Source: Ascoidea asiatica JCM 7603
Lineage: Eukaryota > Fungi > Ascomycota
Assembly (NCBI GenBank): GCA_001600695.1
Contig: BCKQ01000005.1
Span: forward strand, 494,093 to 558,092
Length of the DNA: 64,000 bases
Direction of reading: 5' to 3'
The position numbers were made by a program, and so were the translations under genes. A model generated the notes under the pieces. The model saw only the letters and a list, made by a program, of their open reading frames with translations, was not told the DNA's origin and did no database searches. Below, one piece after another: positions 37,602 through 49,507 of the stretch (positions are counted from its first letter, which is position 1; each line of letters opens with the position of its first letter).

Positions 37602-38553
37602 TTATTTAATAAATGGAATTAAAGTTCCTCTTTCAGATCTATATCTGATGTAGTCCTGTTTGAAGAATTGAACTAATAACGATTCCTCATCTGTTTGTAT
37701 GATTATGTTAGTAAATGGAAATAAATAAAAATTAGCAATAGTTTTAGAAATTCAAAGAAAACTAATAAATTTTGTCTAAATAAAAAAAATAACTTACATA
37801 TAATTCTACTGTTGAAAAACTTCCAAAGTGCCAAAAAAAAGCCAATTAAACATACAGGATTTAATAGAAGTAACTGGGTTCCTATAGCCCACCAAAAAAA
37901 TCCGGCATAACTTGGATGTCTAGAAATTGAATAAATTCCAGTTTTGACAAGAATATGCTGAGAATCATGAGTGGTAACGATTATATGTGAAAATGATTCC
38001 CCTGCAGTTTTCATAGCAATTGTTCTTAATAATTGTCCACAAATCAACAAAATGAAACCAATATATTGAATTATTCTAAATCTGTTATCAAATTTGAAAT
38101 TTGGGAAAAATATATAACCAATTATAAATTCTACAAAAGCAGCAGTATGAGCATATATATATGCACTACCATTTCGAAGAAGAAAAGCTATATTTGTTTT
38201 ACAAAAACCATTGGAAGATAGAAAAATTGTTAGTAAATAAAATTTTTGTGATCAAAATTGAAAAAATAAATAAATAGTTCAAAAAACTTACAGTCCTTAT
38301 TAACTTTAGGAGCATTATATTTAGAAGTAACCCAGAATTCCAAAAAATGAAAAGCTGATAAAGCCATTATATATATTCCAATCGAAGAATTTGATAAACG
38401 AGGTAAAGTTGCGAGAGCAACCCCAAAAATAATTCCTAAAATCAGGGATGTGAGAGCAATTTCATCTAAAGGATTGTTTTCAATATAAGATTGCGAAATG
38501 GTATTTTCATGTCTCTCTAAGGAAGAACTATTTGGATCTTGTTGAATAGTCAT
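37602..38553 (-). CDS. STE14: Isoprenylcysteine carboxyl methyltransferase; exons 38553-38292, 38187-37798, 37690-37602 (246 aa)
   Basis: Introns 38291-38188 and 37797-37691, both GTAAGT...TACTAAC...YAG. Splicing gives FHFLEF...DSFLLRNG...SFSHII...RHPSYAGFFWW...RIIYEESLLVQFF...GTLIPFIK*. Confidence 0.95.
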
Positions 38554-39757
38554 TTTTCCACTTTGAATTATTAATAACTACTTGAATAAAATTCAAAAGA
38601 AAACTAAAGTAAAATATCAGAAAACTGGAAATTGCATTGAATTTAAACCAATTTAAACAAATTTAGACAATCTTGTATTGAACAAAAAATTAGATTTGAT
38701 ATGATTAAACAGATCTTCTATAATAACGAATTGTGTCTAAAAAAGTAAATTAAATAAATATTGAAATAAATACAGTAGAAATATACATAATACATTTATT
38801 TCGACTGAGTGTAATCAAAGGAACTTTCTATTAGATAAAAGAAATTAAAAAGTAGACTTGAAGTGTGAAGTTCAGTGGATTTTCACACTTTCCTGAGTTG
38901 GGAAGAACAATAGAACAGAGGGCGCTGCAGTTTAGAATACCGAATTGGTTGACTACGCAGTAACGAGCCAAAGTGTCACATTCGTCAATTACTCCCAAAT
39001 CACCAGAATTTTATCAGAAATAACCATTAAAAACAGCTTAAAATTAAATTATTTTATTCTGGTATCAGATACTTTCGGAGTTATTATAGATATTTATTAA
39101 CCCAAACCACTCTCTAGAGAGATTACTATTTAGCTATATAAGTGAAAACGAGGAGAGAAACAGGCAAGCAATGGTTAACCAGTTGAAACAAAAATTAGAC
39201 AAGGTAAAAGAGAAAACAAGTGGATTGAAAGGTAAGCATAATGATACTAAATTTGAATCGATCAATGCTTTGTTCATAACTTAGCAACAAAATTACAACA
39301 AACAATGACAATAAACTATTAACAATAAACTAATAACAACAAGTAAAATATCAGCATTTGATGTGAAAACGGCAAAAAAAGGAAAGAAAAAAAAAAAATT
39401 TAAAAAAAAGCCTGAAAGATCTGAAATTTCAGCATAAAAAAAGCTGAGACGAATTTATGATATAATAGGGTATTTTGTACAGCACTATATCCAGTCCTGG
39501 TTAAACTTTTCCTATTTGAAATCCTGACAGATAATAATTACAAATAAAAAGCAAGTCACAAAAAAAAGAACAAAAAAGTAAAAATGAGAAACAAAAAAAT
39601 AATCAAATAATCAAAAACTCAAAAAATTTCAAAAAAAATTTCAATAAACTAAACAAATTAAGCAAATCAACAAAAATAGGAACCAGAAATGAATTACATC
39701 AAAAATGTTCCCAACAAAATTTAGAATACTTTAAGATGGGATCAGTTATGTTGTACA

Positions 39758-40612
39758 TTACATAATAACACAACATCCACTTTTAGCACGATCACCTTCT
39801 TTTTCTAAATCAATATCTTGATTTTCAGAATTAGTATAACTTCTAGCTCTTGATTTATCAGAAACAGGATTTTCTATGGGTTGAATATTAGAATTATCTA
39901 ATTGTTGTTGATTATGTTCTTCTGCTTTTGCAGCTTCTTTTTTAGCGTCTTTTTTGGCCTTTATTTTTTTTATTTTTTCATCATAAACCTTTAAAGCAAA
40001 TGTTGTGAAAAAATCATTTACATTAACATTAGCTTTTGCACTTGTTTCCATAAATACACAAGCATTTAATTCTTTAGATAATTCTTCTCCAACATTTATA
40101 TCAACTTCTCTATCAGCTTCTAAATCATTTTTAGTTCCTACTACTGCAATTGGAGGTAAATTTTCACAATGCCTAGCTATATCTTCATGTAATTGATGAA
40201 TTCTATCTAAAGATTCTCTAGCAGTAGTTTTATAAACTAAAACAATACCATCAGCTTTAGTTATTCTTTGATTTCTCATTTCAGAATATTCTCCAGTATC
40301 TGCAGCATCAAATAAATTAATTGCAATTGCTGTACTTTTAACAGCTATACGTTTTGTATAAGTATCTTCAATATTTGAATCATATTGTTCAGGGAAATAA
40401 GAATGAACATATTGTAATATTAATGATGACTTACCTGATTGAGGCAGTCCTAAGACTAAAATATCTAATATTTGACTTTCATTCTAAAAAAAATTGATAT
40501 AAAAAATAAGATAGATTGTATAAAAAAATTGTTAGTATTTAAACGTCTAAATGTTTTCTTTCTTTGAATAAAGGATCTAGATAAAGGACTAAAGTATTTT
40601 ACTTACAACCAT
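39758..40612 (-). CDS. Atypical Ras-family small GTPase; exons 40612-40607 and 40483-39758 (243 aa)
   Basis: ATG GTT|GTAAGT...TACTAAC...TAG. The spliced product has ILVLG-x-PQSGKSS, YDSNIEDTY, LFDAADTGEYSEM, VGTKND, METSAK and C-terminal CCVIM. Confidence 0.88.
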
Positions 40613-43209
40613 TATAAGAGTATGTTATTAAAGTATGATAATATAAATTATTAAAACAGATAAAATAAAGAATTATTTACTGTTATTATAATTCATCAAA
40701 AAAAAAATTGATTGATAATTTGTGTTTTATATTTGTTAAGTGTGGAAATAAAAAAATAAATAATTAAAAAATTAAATATTGTTGAAGTATGAAAGGATAT
40801 TTAATAAAATATAATGTAGGGGAGAAATATTAAATTTCTAATTCTAAAAAACTTATTACTATAGAAATAACGTTACAATTAAATAAAAATAACTACTAAT
40901 ACTAGTATCTGTAAAGTTTTCACTTAATGTTAACAATTGTTGTATGGGTAATAAAAATATGTATTGTTTATCTGTTGATGATATTTTGAATGAAAAATTC
41001 TTTAAAATAAACAATTATTTTGCATTGAGTATGATCTTATGAAGATCAACAAAATCGCCTTGAAGAATTAAAATTTGTGAAACAGCTGAATGCAATGAAG
41101 TATGCCAAATAACTAAAGACTGGCTTTTTTTCTCAATTACACTTTTAAACTGATTATTTTACTTTAAAAGATTTAATGATTGAATGATAAAGAAAAGGTT
41201 GAATTATGATATTCTGATTTTTTAGTTCTGAATTGAGAAGTGTTCTTCAAGGGTTTTGAAAACAATTAAGGAGACTTAAATTTAGTATCTTGAATCACGA
41301 ACTCATTTGAATACAATTGAAGTAATTTACAAAAGTGGGAACCCATGATTATATATCAAAATATTCTCCATAACTTATTTGTTATTAATACTCGTTTTTA
41401 TTATGGTGTTAGGCAGACTTTAATCAAAAAAAATGGGACAATAACTTTGCCTAAATTGGGTTTCAGTTTAAGAATTTTGTAAACGTAAGCTAATCTTAGC
41501 TCAAAAATAATGAATAATGATTTAAAAAAAAAAACGCCAATTCAAGTCCAGGTTAGCTAACGATAGTTACCAATATTTACCAATATTCTTTCCCAGTTTT
41601 TTCCTAAAATATCCTTTTCAATTCTTCTTTTCACTAAAGCTTTTGATAATCAAGATCAACTAAATTCAAAAAAGCTGGATGGGACCTGGAAATCATTTCT
41701 ATGATTTATTTTTTTTCAGGACTCCTTTTTAAAAGTTGATAAAGGGCTTGATGAGATAGGTACTCATAATTATTTAAAAACAAAATAAAAAAAAACACTC
41801 CTCAAAGTTGAAGATTGCATAATCCTACAAATTCAAATTCGAATTCAAATCTATTTCTGGGAGTGAAAAATATTCTTCATTTAAAAAAAATCAATTATCA
41901 CAATAAAGCTACTGTAGTTGAAAACTCGTCGCGTTAAGGCGTTTTCAAATTCTGTGGGTTGATTCAAAACTTTTCAAATTTAGACACAGGATTTTTGCTT
42001 TTTTGGTCGGTTTGTTGTTTTTGGTGGGTTTTAAATGCTTGAAATCCAAAAATATCAAACAAACAATGAGTAGCTGTACTCCTTAACAGTAAACTTTAGT
42101 TTCAATGAATATTTTTGTGAGTTATATTCGTTGCAAAAATCGGTTTTAATTATTTTCTTAGTGTTGAAATATATTTCATCCTTCCTAAGATTTATCCACT
42201 AAATTTACCTTTCGCAGTAGTTGTTGGTGGTAGTTCTTGAGCCCATATTACAAATGTTGTACGTTGAGAGTATTTGTAAAAAATCTTTTTCATTATGATG
42301 AAAACTTCATGGGGTTACCTACAATTGTAGGTTTGATACATAACAAGTAATCATATGAATACAATTGTATGTTTTTGAGTACAATGAACATCTGGAACAC
42401 TTGAATTTACTGAATTGTAGTTAAACAAATAAACTTCTGCTTTAGAATAGAGTAACTTTTTTTTAGCTGAGGTTTATTATCAGACAATTTTAATACCCAA
42501 ACTGACTCGAATCCAGATTCATATCAATTGTTAAAAGATAACAATAAACTTAAATGATGATAGAAGTGAAATAATCTAATCCAATCAAGTGAAATTAAGT
42601 CAATACAATATAATCTAATCCGATCAAAAACAAAAAGTGTTACGTTTTTTTTTAGTTTTTCAAATAGTTAATTTTGTGAATTTGAATTCAAAGATCATGT
42701 CAAAAAAAAATTAAATGGTTAAAAAAAAAATTTCATCAAGCTAATGGTTTGATAAATAGCGCTAAATATTGAAAAGAAGAAAAAACTTAAGAATAAATTG
42801 ATTTGATATTTTTTAGATAGTAGAATTACAATAATGTAAAATAAGAAAACGAATAAAATAAAAAGAAAACAAAAGAAAATAAGATAAAATAATAACAAGT
42901 AAAGTTAAGTAAACAAGTAAAAAATACTATAAAACACAAACCGAAGATCCAGAATCCTAAACTAAATGATTGAATTGAATTTGTTAGAAGAGAACAAAAG
43001 AAGATAAAGAAGAAAACAATAAACAAAAATAAAAAGCATTAAATAAGTAAATAATTTTTATCATAATGAATTTATTACTTAAAAAAAATAAAATTAAAAT
43101 TTATAACAACAAACAGTTTTGAACATATAGTCAGTTGGCTGGTTAGTTAGTTAGTTAGTAATGAGTTAGCTTGCAAGTAATTTGATAAATTTGTTTTATT
43201 GATGATTGT

Positions 43210-44565
43210 TCAATAAAAAACAAAATTGGCTGAACCACTTGTAGAAACAGTACAACCATCACTTCCACTACCAGTATAAACACCGTCAACATAACTACAA
43301 CTACCACTAATAGTTGAGCCACTAGCAGCTTGAATTTTAAGATTATAATTTGGAGCATCCTCATTATTTGGGTTTGGAATAATTGATAAATAAGTAGTTC
43401 CACTAGTTTTACCAGCACCTAATACAACAGGAGCCCAATTACCAATGGTACCAGCATCAGTACCCCAAATACAACCATCTTCAACAGAAACACCAGCATT
43501 ATTAACATAATATTGAGTTGAAGTTTTTTTACCTTCCCATTCGAAATAAGAATCTTCATCAACAACAGAAATTGGTTTTGAACCACCAGCAGATAATAAA
43601 GTTGGAATATTCATGTTTTCTGAACCTGGATAATCAGTTCTACATAATGAAACATCTTTAGATAATTTTGAAATTGCTTTTGAAGTTTTAGCACCCCATT
43701 CACATAAATAATCAGAATCGGAATTGGATTTATAAAGATAACCATTTTTACAATAAAGACCACCAAGAGATCTACCATCAGAAGGTTGAGTTGAAGGCCA
43801 TTGAGTTTTAGACATACCAGCTTGACAAGCATAAGAACAATAATAACCGCTCTTACAAGTTGTTGAAGTATCACCATCTTCATTCATAATTGATGCATAA
43901 CCACCCATATCTAACCAAGAAATTGCAACAACACCTTGACCAGAAGGGAAATCAGTACAAGCAACAGTACCATCAGTGAAAGTTTCAGTTGGATCAGAAA
44001 AATCATCTAAATCACCATCAACGTCACTAGAGGAGGTTGAGGTAGAAGTAGAAGAGGAAGAAGATTCACTACTAGTAGAATCATCAGATTCAGAGGAGGA
44101 TGAGGAAGAAGAACGAGAAAGAGTGGTTGTTGAAGCAGATGATTTAGTAGTTAAAATAGAAGAAGTAGAAGAAATAGTTTCTTCTTCAGAGCTAAAAGAT
44201 GATTCTTCAGCGGAGGAAGTTTCTTCGGCAAAAGATGTTTCTTCAACAATGCTTGAAGTTTTTGAAGCTGAAGTTGCAGAAGTTGAATGAACAGCAGCAA
44301 CTTCAAGTTCATCAGAAGTGGTAGCAGCGGCAGTTGATGTTGCTTCAGCTTCAGTGGTTGCTTCAGCAGCTGTTGTTTCTTCTTCACCAGTAACTAAATT
44401 ACCATTTTGATCGACGTAAACAATGGCGGTTTCAGTGACTTGAACAGTTAATGCTTCAGCCTCAGCTTGACGACGATGCATATGATGAGCATGATCCATT
44501 GCTGCAGGAGCAGCAATAGTAGCTGATATAAGAGAAATTAAAGATAGAATAGTAGAGTATTTCAT
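43210..44565 (-). CDS. UTH1: SUN-family secreted beta-glucosidase-like cell wall protein (Uth1/Nca3-like)
   Basis: Signal peptide, Ser/Thr-rich linker, SUN domain [15 protein letters not shown]...GGLYC...[11 protein letters not shown]...[18 protein letters not shown]. Which SUN paralog it is remains uncertain. Confidence 0.9.
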   Translation of the reverse strand: MKYSTILSLISLISATIAAPAAMDHAHHMHRRQAEAEALTVQVTETAIVYVDQNGNLVTGEEETTAAEATTEAEATSTAAATTSDELEVAAVHSTSATSASKTSSIVEETSFAEETSSAEESSFSSEEETISSTSSILTTKSSASTTTLSRSSSSSSSESDDSTSSESSSSSTSTSTSSSDVDGDLDDFSDPTETFTDGTVACTDFPSGQGVVAISWLDMGGYASIMNEDGDTSTTCKSGYYCSYACQAGMSKTQWPSTQPSDGRSLGGLYCKNGYLYKSNSDSDYLCEWGAKTSKAISKLSKDVSLCRTDYPGSENMNIPTLLSAGGSKPISVVDEDSYFEWEGKKTSTQYYVNNAGVSVEDGCIWGTDAGTIGNWAPVVLGAGKTSGTTYLSIIPNPNNEDAPNYNLKIQAASGSTISGSCSYVDGVYTGSGSDGCTVSTSGSANFVFY

Positions 44566-45548
44566 TATTTTAAAAATAAAAGATAATGGATAAGGGAATA
44601 AGGAATGGTATGAATTATATATTTAAATGATTGATTGAATGATTAATGAAAGATTATAGTTGATACAAATATTTTTAAAATAATTTTTTTTTTCTTTAGG
44701 GTATAAAAGTAAATCTTTTGAAATAATTATTTAGCAACAACTTTTTATAATATATTGACAGTAATGATAATTGAATTTTTATGATTAATAATTGTTAAAA
44801 GGAATGAAAGACCAAATATAATTTATTATAAATAAAATAAATGGTGAATTTAACGTTGAGAATTAAAAGAATGTAATAAAGTCAATTAAATTAAGAATAG
44901 AATAATATGAGTAATTATTTCAGTTGGATTTGAACAATAACTTATATATATATATATTTGAATATATTGTATATATTATATTAAATTTAGTAAATGAATG
45001 GAAAAAGTTGGTATGTTTAAGAAATTAAATGAGATCTGATTCTACAATTATTTAAGGAGAGAAAAGTAAAACTAAATATAAAAGGAAGGAAATTTAAAAA
45101 GAAAAAGAAAAGAAAAGAAAAAGACCAAAATTTTTAAAAAATAAGAAAGATAATAAAAATAGCGTACAATAGGATTATATAAATATATCCCAGATCTTAC
45201 AGCTGTTATTATGATAAATCATCAAAATTTGCCAGAAATGCTTATTACGGTAATTAAAAACAGTAAAAATTTGTAAGAAATTTGAAAAAAAAGTTGTTAA
45301 AATCAAAAGAAACGGTAACGATTCAACTGCATTCAGCTGAATTCAGTTGCAATTCGCTAAGGCCTGTTTGAACACAGCCAGGGTGGTGGGCATTTAGTGC
45401 AGCCCTGGTTGAATGGGCAGATGGTCGCACTGCTAACTGTGAACTGTCTGCTAAAAGCTGAAACAGACTAAATGACTCTCAAAACGCTAAGCAGACATTT
45501 CGAACGGAGGTGACCGCTCAGGATAAATGTTTTAAAATGCACAGTAAA

Positions 45549-45558
45549 GTCACGTGAC
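45549..45558. promoter_or_regulatory. Perfect Cbf1/bHLH E-box palindrome GTCACGTGAC in the SUN-gene upstream island
   Basis: Direct sequence. Confidence 0.55.
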
Positions 45559-46911
45559 AATATTTTACTACCTACTCCGGTTTTAACTCCGGTTTCAGAA
45601 ACGGTTTTTCAAGGAAAGTCCCAAAACAAACTTAAGATGCAAATAGCAAAGAAAATACCAAATAGCCAAAGTCAGTACATAGTTAACCTACCTTGGTTGT
45701 TCTTTCAGGCTGTAAAAAAGAAACGGCCTTGCGCTAACCTAGAAATTTCTTTCTTGAGCTTGAGTTTTTTCCCAACTCGATTCCAACGGAAATCAGACTT
45801 CTCAGCATCGTCGCCGTTTCTTATTTGACGCGAAATGTGTAAAGAGTGTAAGCTTTTTGGCTAGAACAATTTTGGCCAGTGAACACTCACGGAAAATTTG
45901 TTGAACGCGGCTTTGTGTCTCCGCCGCTCTTGCAAAGTGCGACTAATTATTTGACCATGGTCAGGCGAACCTGAACTCCTTTTCAAACAAGAATAGTCAT
46001 GTGACAAACAAGCTTTTGCATTAATCACTTCCATCACTACGTACCACCATCAAGCTCCAAGATTGCCTTGAATAGTTAAACATGTATATCGATCTACAAA
46101 TAAAATCGTTACCGGCTTAAATTAAAATTTTTCTTCAATTTTAATAAGATGAATTGAAATAGTAAATAACTGTGTTGTTGACTTTAAAGTTCCTTACAGA
46201 AATTTCCCATTGCGATCACTGATATTCCTTGCGGAGATTTTTATTTTTTAAGGTCAAGCAATCACATGATTTAAATTTACCCGGCAAAAGTAGAACCTTG
46301 TTAGGAATTTAGTCACATGTTCAATTGGAACGTTAGGTAATATACCAGTTATTGAGAATCATACCAGTAATAAAAGGTTTGACTCAGATTTTTATTTTGA
46401 TTTTGAAGTTTATTACCATTTTCATTCCGCTTCTATTCTCAATTTACATACTGTACGTCTGGAATTCTTTACTAATTTTCATTAACAATGAGAACAAACA
46501 GGGAAAACGTTTGCTGAAACCATAATTGATTAGCGATATATTCTGATTTTCAGGGTGATATCAATTCTTCAAAAATCCTTCTGTTCTTTTCGTTCGAAAT
46601 GTGTCAATCTTGAAATAAATAGTATCATAATATTTATTTAACGAAATGATAGTTATCCGAATTTAGTTTCATTATTTTTATTCACTTCCGTATGGGAAAA
46701 ATTCTCTCCCGTTTTTGGACATTACCGGCCGTTAACTTTAGCAGTAAACAATCTCAATGAGGATATAAAATAACTTACAATTTCGACTTAAACTTAAAAT
46801 TAAATATTGAGCTTTTGAATTATTAAATTGAAAAAAAAACAAAATAATTACCTGAATTAGTAATAAACCTAAGTCCTATACCGACTGATATTTCAAAATA
46901 AAGAGATTTTA

Positions 46912-49197
46912 TTATTTTTCATTTTTAACTTCTCTTCTATCAAACCCAGCATTAATAAAACTGTCTAACACCGTACTTTCAGAATCCATTTCTGTAATCA
47001 TTTCAACATCTGATTTTATATTTAATTTACTTTTAATATCTTCATTCAGCACTTCTTCTTCACTAACTGCTGTTCCTTCACTATCATCCATCATTTCATA
47101 TATACTTTCTTCCTTTTTCTCCATTTCATTATCATTATGTTTATTTGCATAATTAGATCCATAATTGAAATTTTTCAAAATTGAACAATTCTCTTCATAA
47201 TTATCGCAATCTAGTGCAAAATCAATTGATCCATTCAAATTAGTTTCATTATAGTTATAATTAAAATTGAAATTATCATTGATGTTATTATTCAATTTCC
47301 AGTTATACTCATAATCATTAAATCCATTATATCCATTTACTAAATTTGCTCCATCATTATTTGTACTAGCACCTTCTTTCTCACCTAAACTACCAAATAA
47401 TGTAGCTGTTGATTCATTAAAATTATTACAAAGATCATAATCCTTATGGACATTTTTTAAATTACCCAAACAATATATGTCGTCCTTTGATTCGACCGAA
47501 CTTGATTTCAAATTTAGCCATTCTTTATTTTCTATCGCTTCATCCATTATATTCAAGATATTACTTATTTTTCTTTCAACCATTTCTCTAAGTTGATCAA
47601 TATTTTCAATTTCGTTAATCTCTGAATTTAAGGACATAATGATTTTCGTCATTTTTACTAAAACTTTATTTCCATAATAATTTTTTTCTCTTAGCATTTC
47701 AATTTCGATTTGTTTTGATTTAATATTAGAAATAAATTCTTGAAATAAAATTTGATATTTCTCGCTTATTCTTCTCATTTCATCCATTTCAATCATTCCA
47801 ACACTTCCATCGATATTTTCTGAGAAAATTTTAGAATCGAACTTATTTATAAAATCTTTCTGTAATGTTTCTTCAATTTTACCTTCTGGATTGAAAAAAT
47901 TTAGTTTGAACTTTTTAAAATTTTCCAATGTTTCCTTATATCTTATATTGTTACTATCAGTAAAATTAACATTTTCATTTTTCAAAAGAAAACAGTTTGA
48001 TTTTATTGTATTTGAAGTAACTAAATCGACATCTGATCTCTCTAATTCAATTATTTTACTTATAGGCTTCAAAGTAGGAAATGGAATAAAATCATAATCA
48101 TTATCCGAATTGAAATTACTAAAATTCAGTTTTTCATTAATATTTTCCTTATTTCCTCTATCATTTTCACTTATTTCAATAGATTCAATACTTCTTTCAT
48201 ATTCCATATTCTCTTTATTTTCACTATTATTTTCAAACTTTACATTTTCATAAAATTCCTCATTTTCTTTATTTTTTTTGAATTTAGTGGTGTTATTCAA
48301 AATTCTTAAATCTATTTTTTTTAAATCATTTATTGAAGAAAAATTTTGTTTATTCAAGGTTATATTCAGGTTTTTTTTCAAATTTGGAAAATCTTTAAAG
48401 TTTTTGTGATTTTTAGTCGGAATTTTATTTTTAGTAATACTTATTTTATTTTCTATATTATTATTCTCACTATTTATAGATTTATTATTGTTTTCAACTG
48501 AAAAGTCATTATTACTTATATTTTCCTTTTGGGATTCATAATCAGTATTTAAAGAATGATTCAGAGAAATAATTGAATTGTTTTCATCATGTTCAGAATA
48601 AGAGAAAATTTTTGTAAATGAGGGAATTTTAGTTTTCGAAGAAAGTGGAGAATTTTGTATAAATTGATCAGAACTATAAAATGATTTATTAATATAATTT
48701 TCATTGGTATTATAAATATTATGAGTATCATAGGTTTCATTAGTATCATAAGTATCATAAGAATCATAAGTTGTACAATCCGCTCCTATAGAAGAAGATG
48801 CAGATTCTGGATTTTTTTCAATTTTTTTTTCATTTTCTTTTCTGACTTTTTTTTCATTTTTGTTTTTAGGGATTAATAAATTATAACTTTTTTGATTTTT
48901 AATTTTTTGAAGTTTTTTATGATTCTTCGAATTTTTATTTGATTTTGAATCATTTAATTTATTTAATTGATCTTTTTCTTTATTTAAATTATGAAGAGAA
49001 AAAGAAATTGTAGGTAAAGCATAATTTGGCATATTTAAATATTTAGGATATAATAAAGAATCAATTAAATTATTATCAATACTATTATTACTATTATCTG
49101 TGCTATTAATATTATTATTAATGATTGCAGAATTTAATTGATTGATTTTTTCATCAATTTGATTGATATCTAGAATTTTATTAGACAATTGATCCAT
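46912..49197 (-). CDS. Hypothetical Asn/Glu-rich protein with a probable coiled coil
   Basis: 761-codon ATG-initiated ORF with host-like codon usage. No family recognised. Confidence 0.7.
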   Translation of the reverse strand: MDQLSNKILDINQIDEKINQLNSAIINNNINSTDNSNNSIDNNLIDSLLYPKYLNMPNYALPTISFSLHNLNKEKDQLNKLNDSKSNKNSKNHKKLQKIKNQKSYNLLIPKNKNEKKVRKENEKKIEKNPESASSSIGADCTTYDSYDTYDTNETYDTHNIYNTNENYINKSFYSSDQFIQNSPLSSKTKIPSFTKIFSYSEHDENNSIISLNHSLNTDYESQKENISNNDFSVENNNKSINSENNNIENKISITKNKIPTKNHKNFKDFPNLKKNLNITLNKQNFSSINDLKKIDLRILNNTTKFKKNKENEEFYENVKFENNSENKENMEYERSIESIEISENDRGNKENINEKLNFSNFNSDNDYDFIPFPTLKPISKIIELERSDVDLVTSNTIKSNCFLLKNENVNFTDSNNIRYKETLENFKKFKLNFFNPEGKIEETLQKDFINKFDSKIFSENIDGSVGMIEMDEMRRISEKYQILFQEFISNIKSKQIEIEMLREKNYYGNKVLVKMTKIIMSLNSEINEIENIDQLREMVERKISNILNIMDEAIENKEWLNLKSSSVESKDDIYCLGNLKNVHKDYDLCNNFNESTATLFGSLGEKEGASTNNDGANLVNGYNGFNDYEYNWKLNNNINDNFNFNYNYNETNLNGSIDFALDCDNYEENCSILKNFNYGSNYANKHNDNEMEKKEESIYEMMDDSEGTAVSEEEVLNEDIKSKLNIKSDVEMITEMDSESTVLDSFINAGFDRREVKNEK

Positions 49198-49507
49198 ATT
49201 AAATATAAATAAACTTGGATTTTAAAATATTTTATTATTTATTCTTTTTTCAAAATCTGAAAAGTTTTTGAACATTTTTATTTTGCTGATAATTAAATAG
49301 ACTTTTGAATGAAAATTGAATTAAATTGAATTAGAATATATTAAAGTAGTTGAACATTAGTAATTATTTTATTGTTCAATGTTTATTGAATATTTTTGTT
49401 ACACAAAAAGCCTAAGGGGTAATAATGAAAGGTAAAATAAGGATATCCATAAAAATGGATTCAAAAACAATTTATTTATCCTATGAATTAAATAAATAAA
49501 TATTTTA

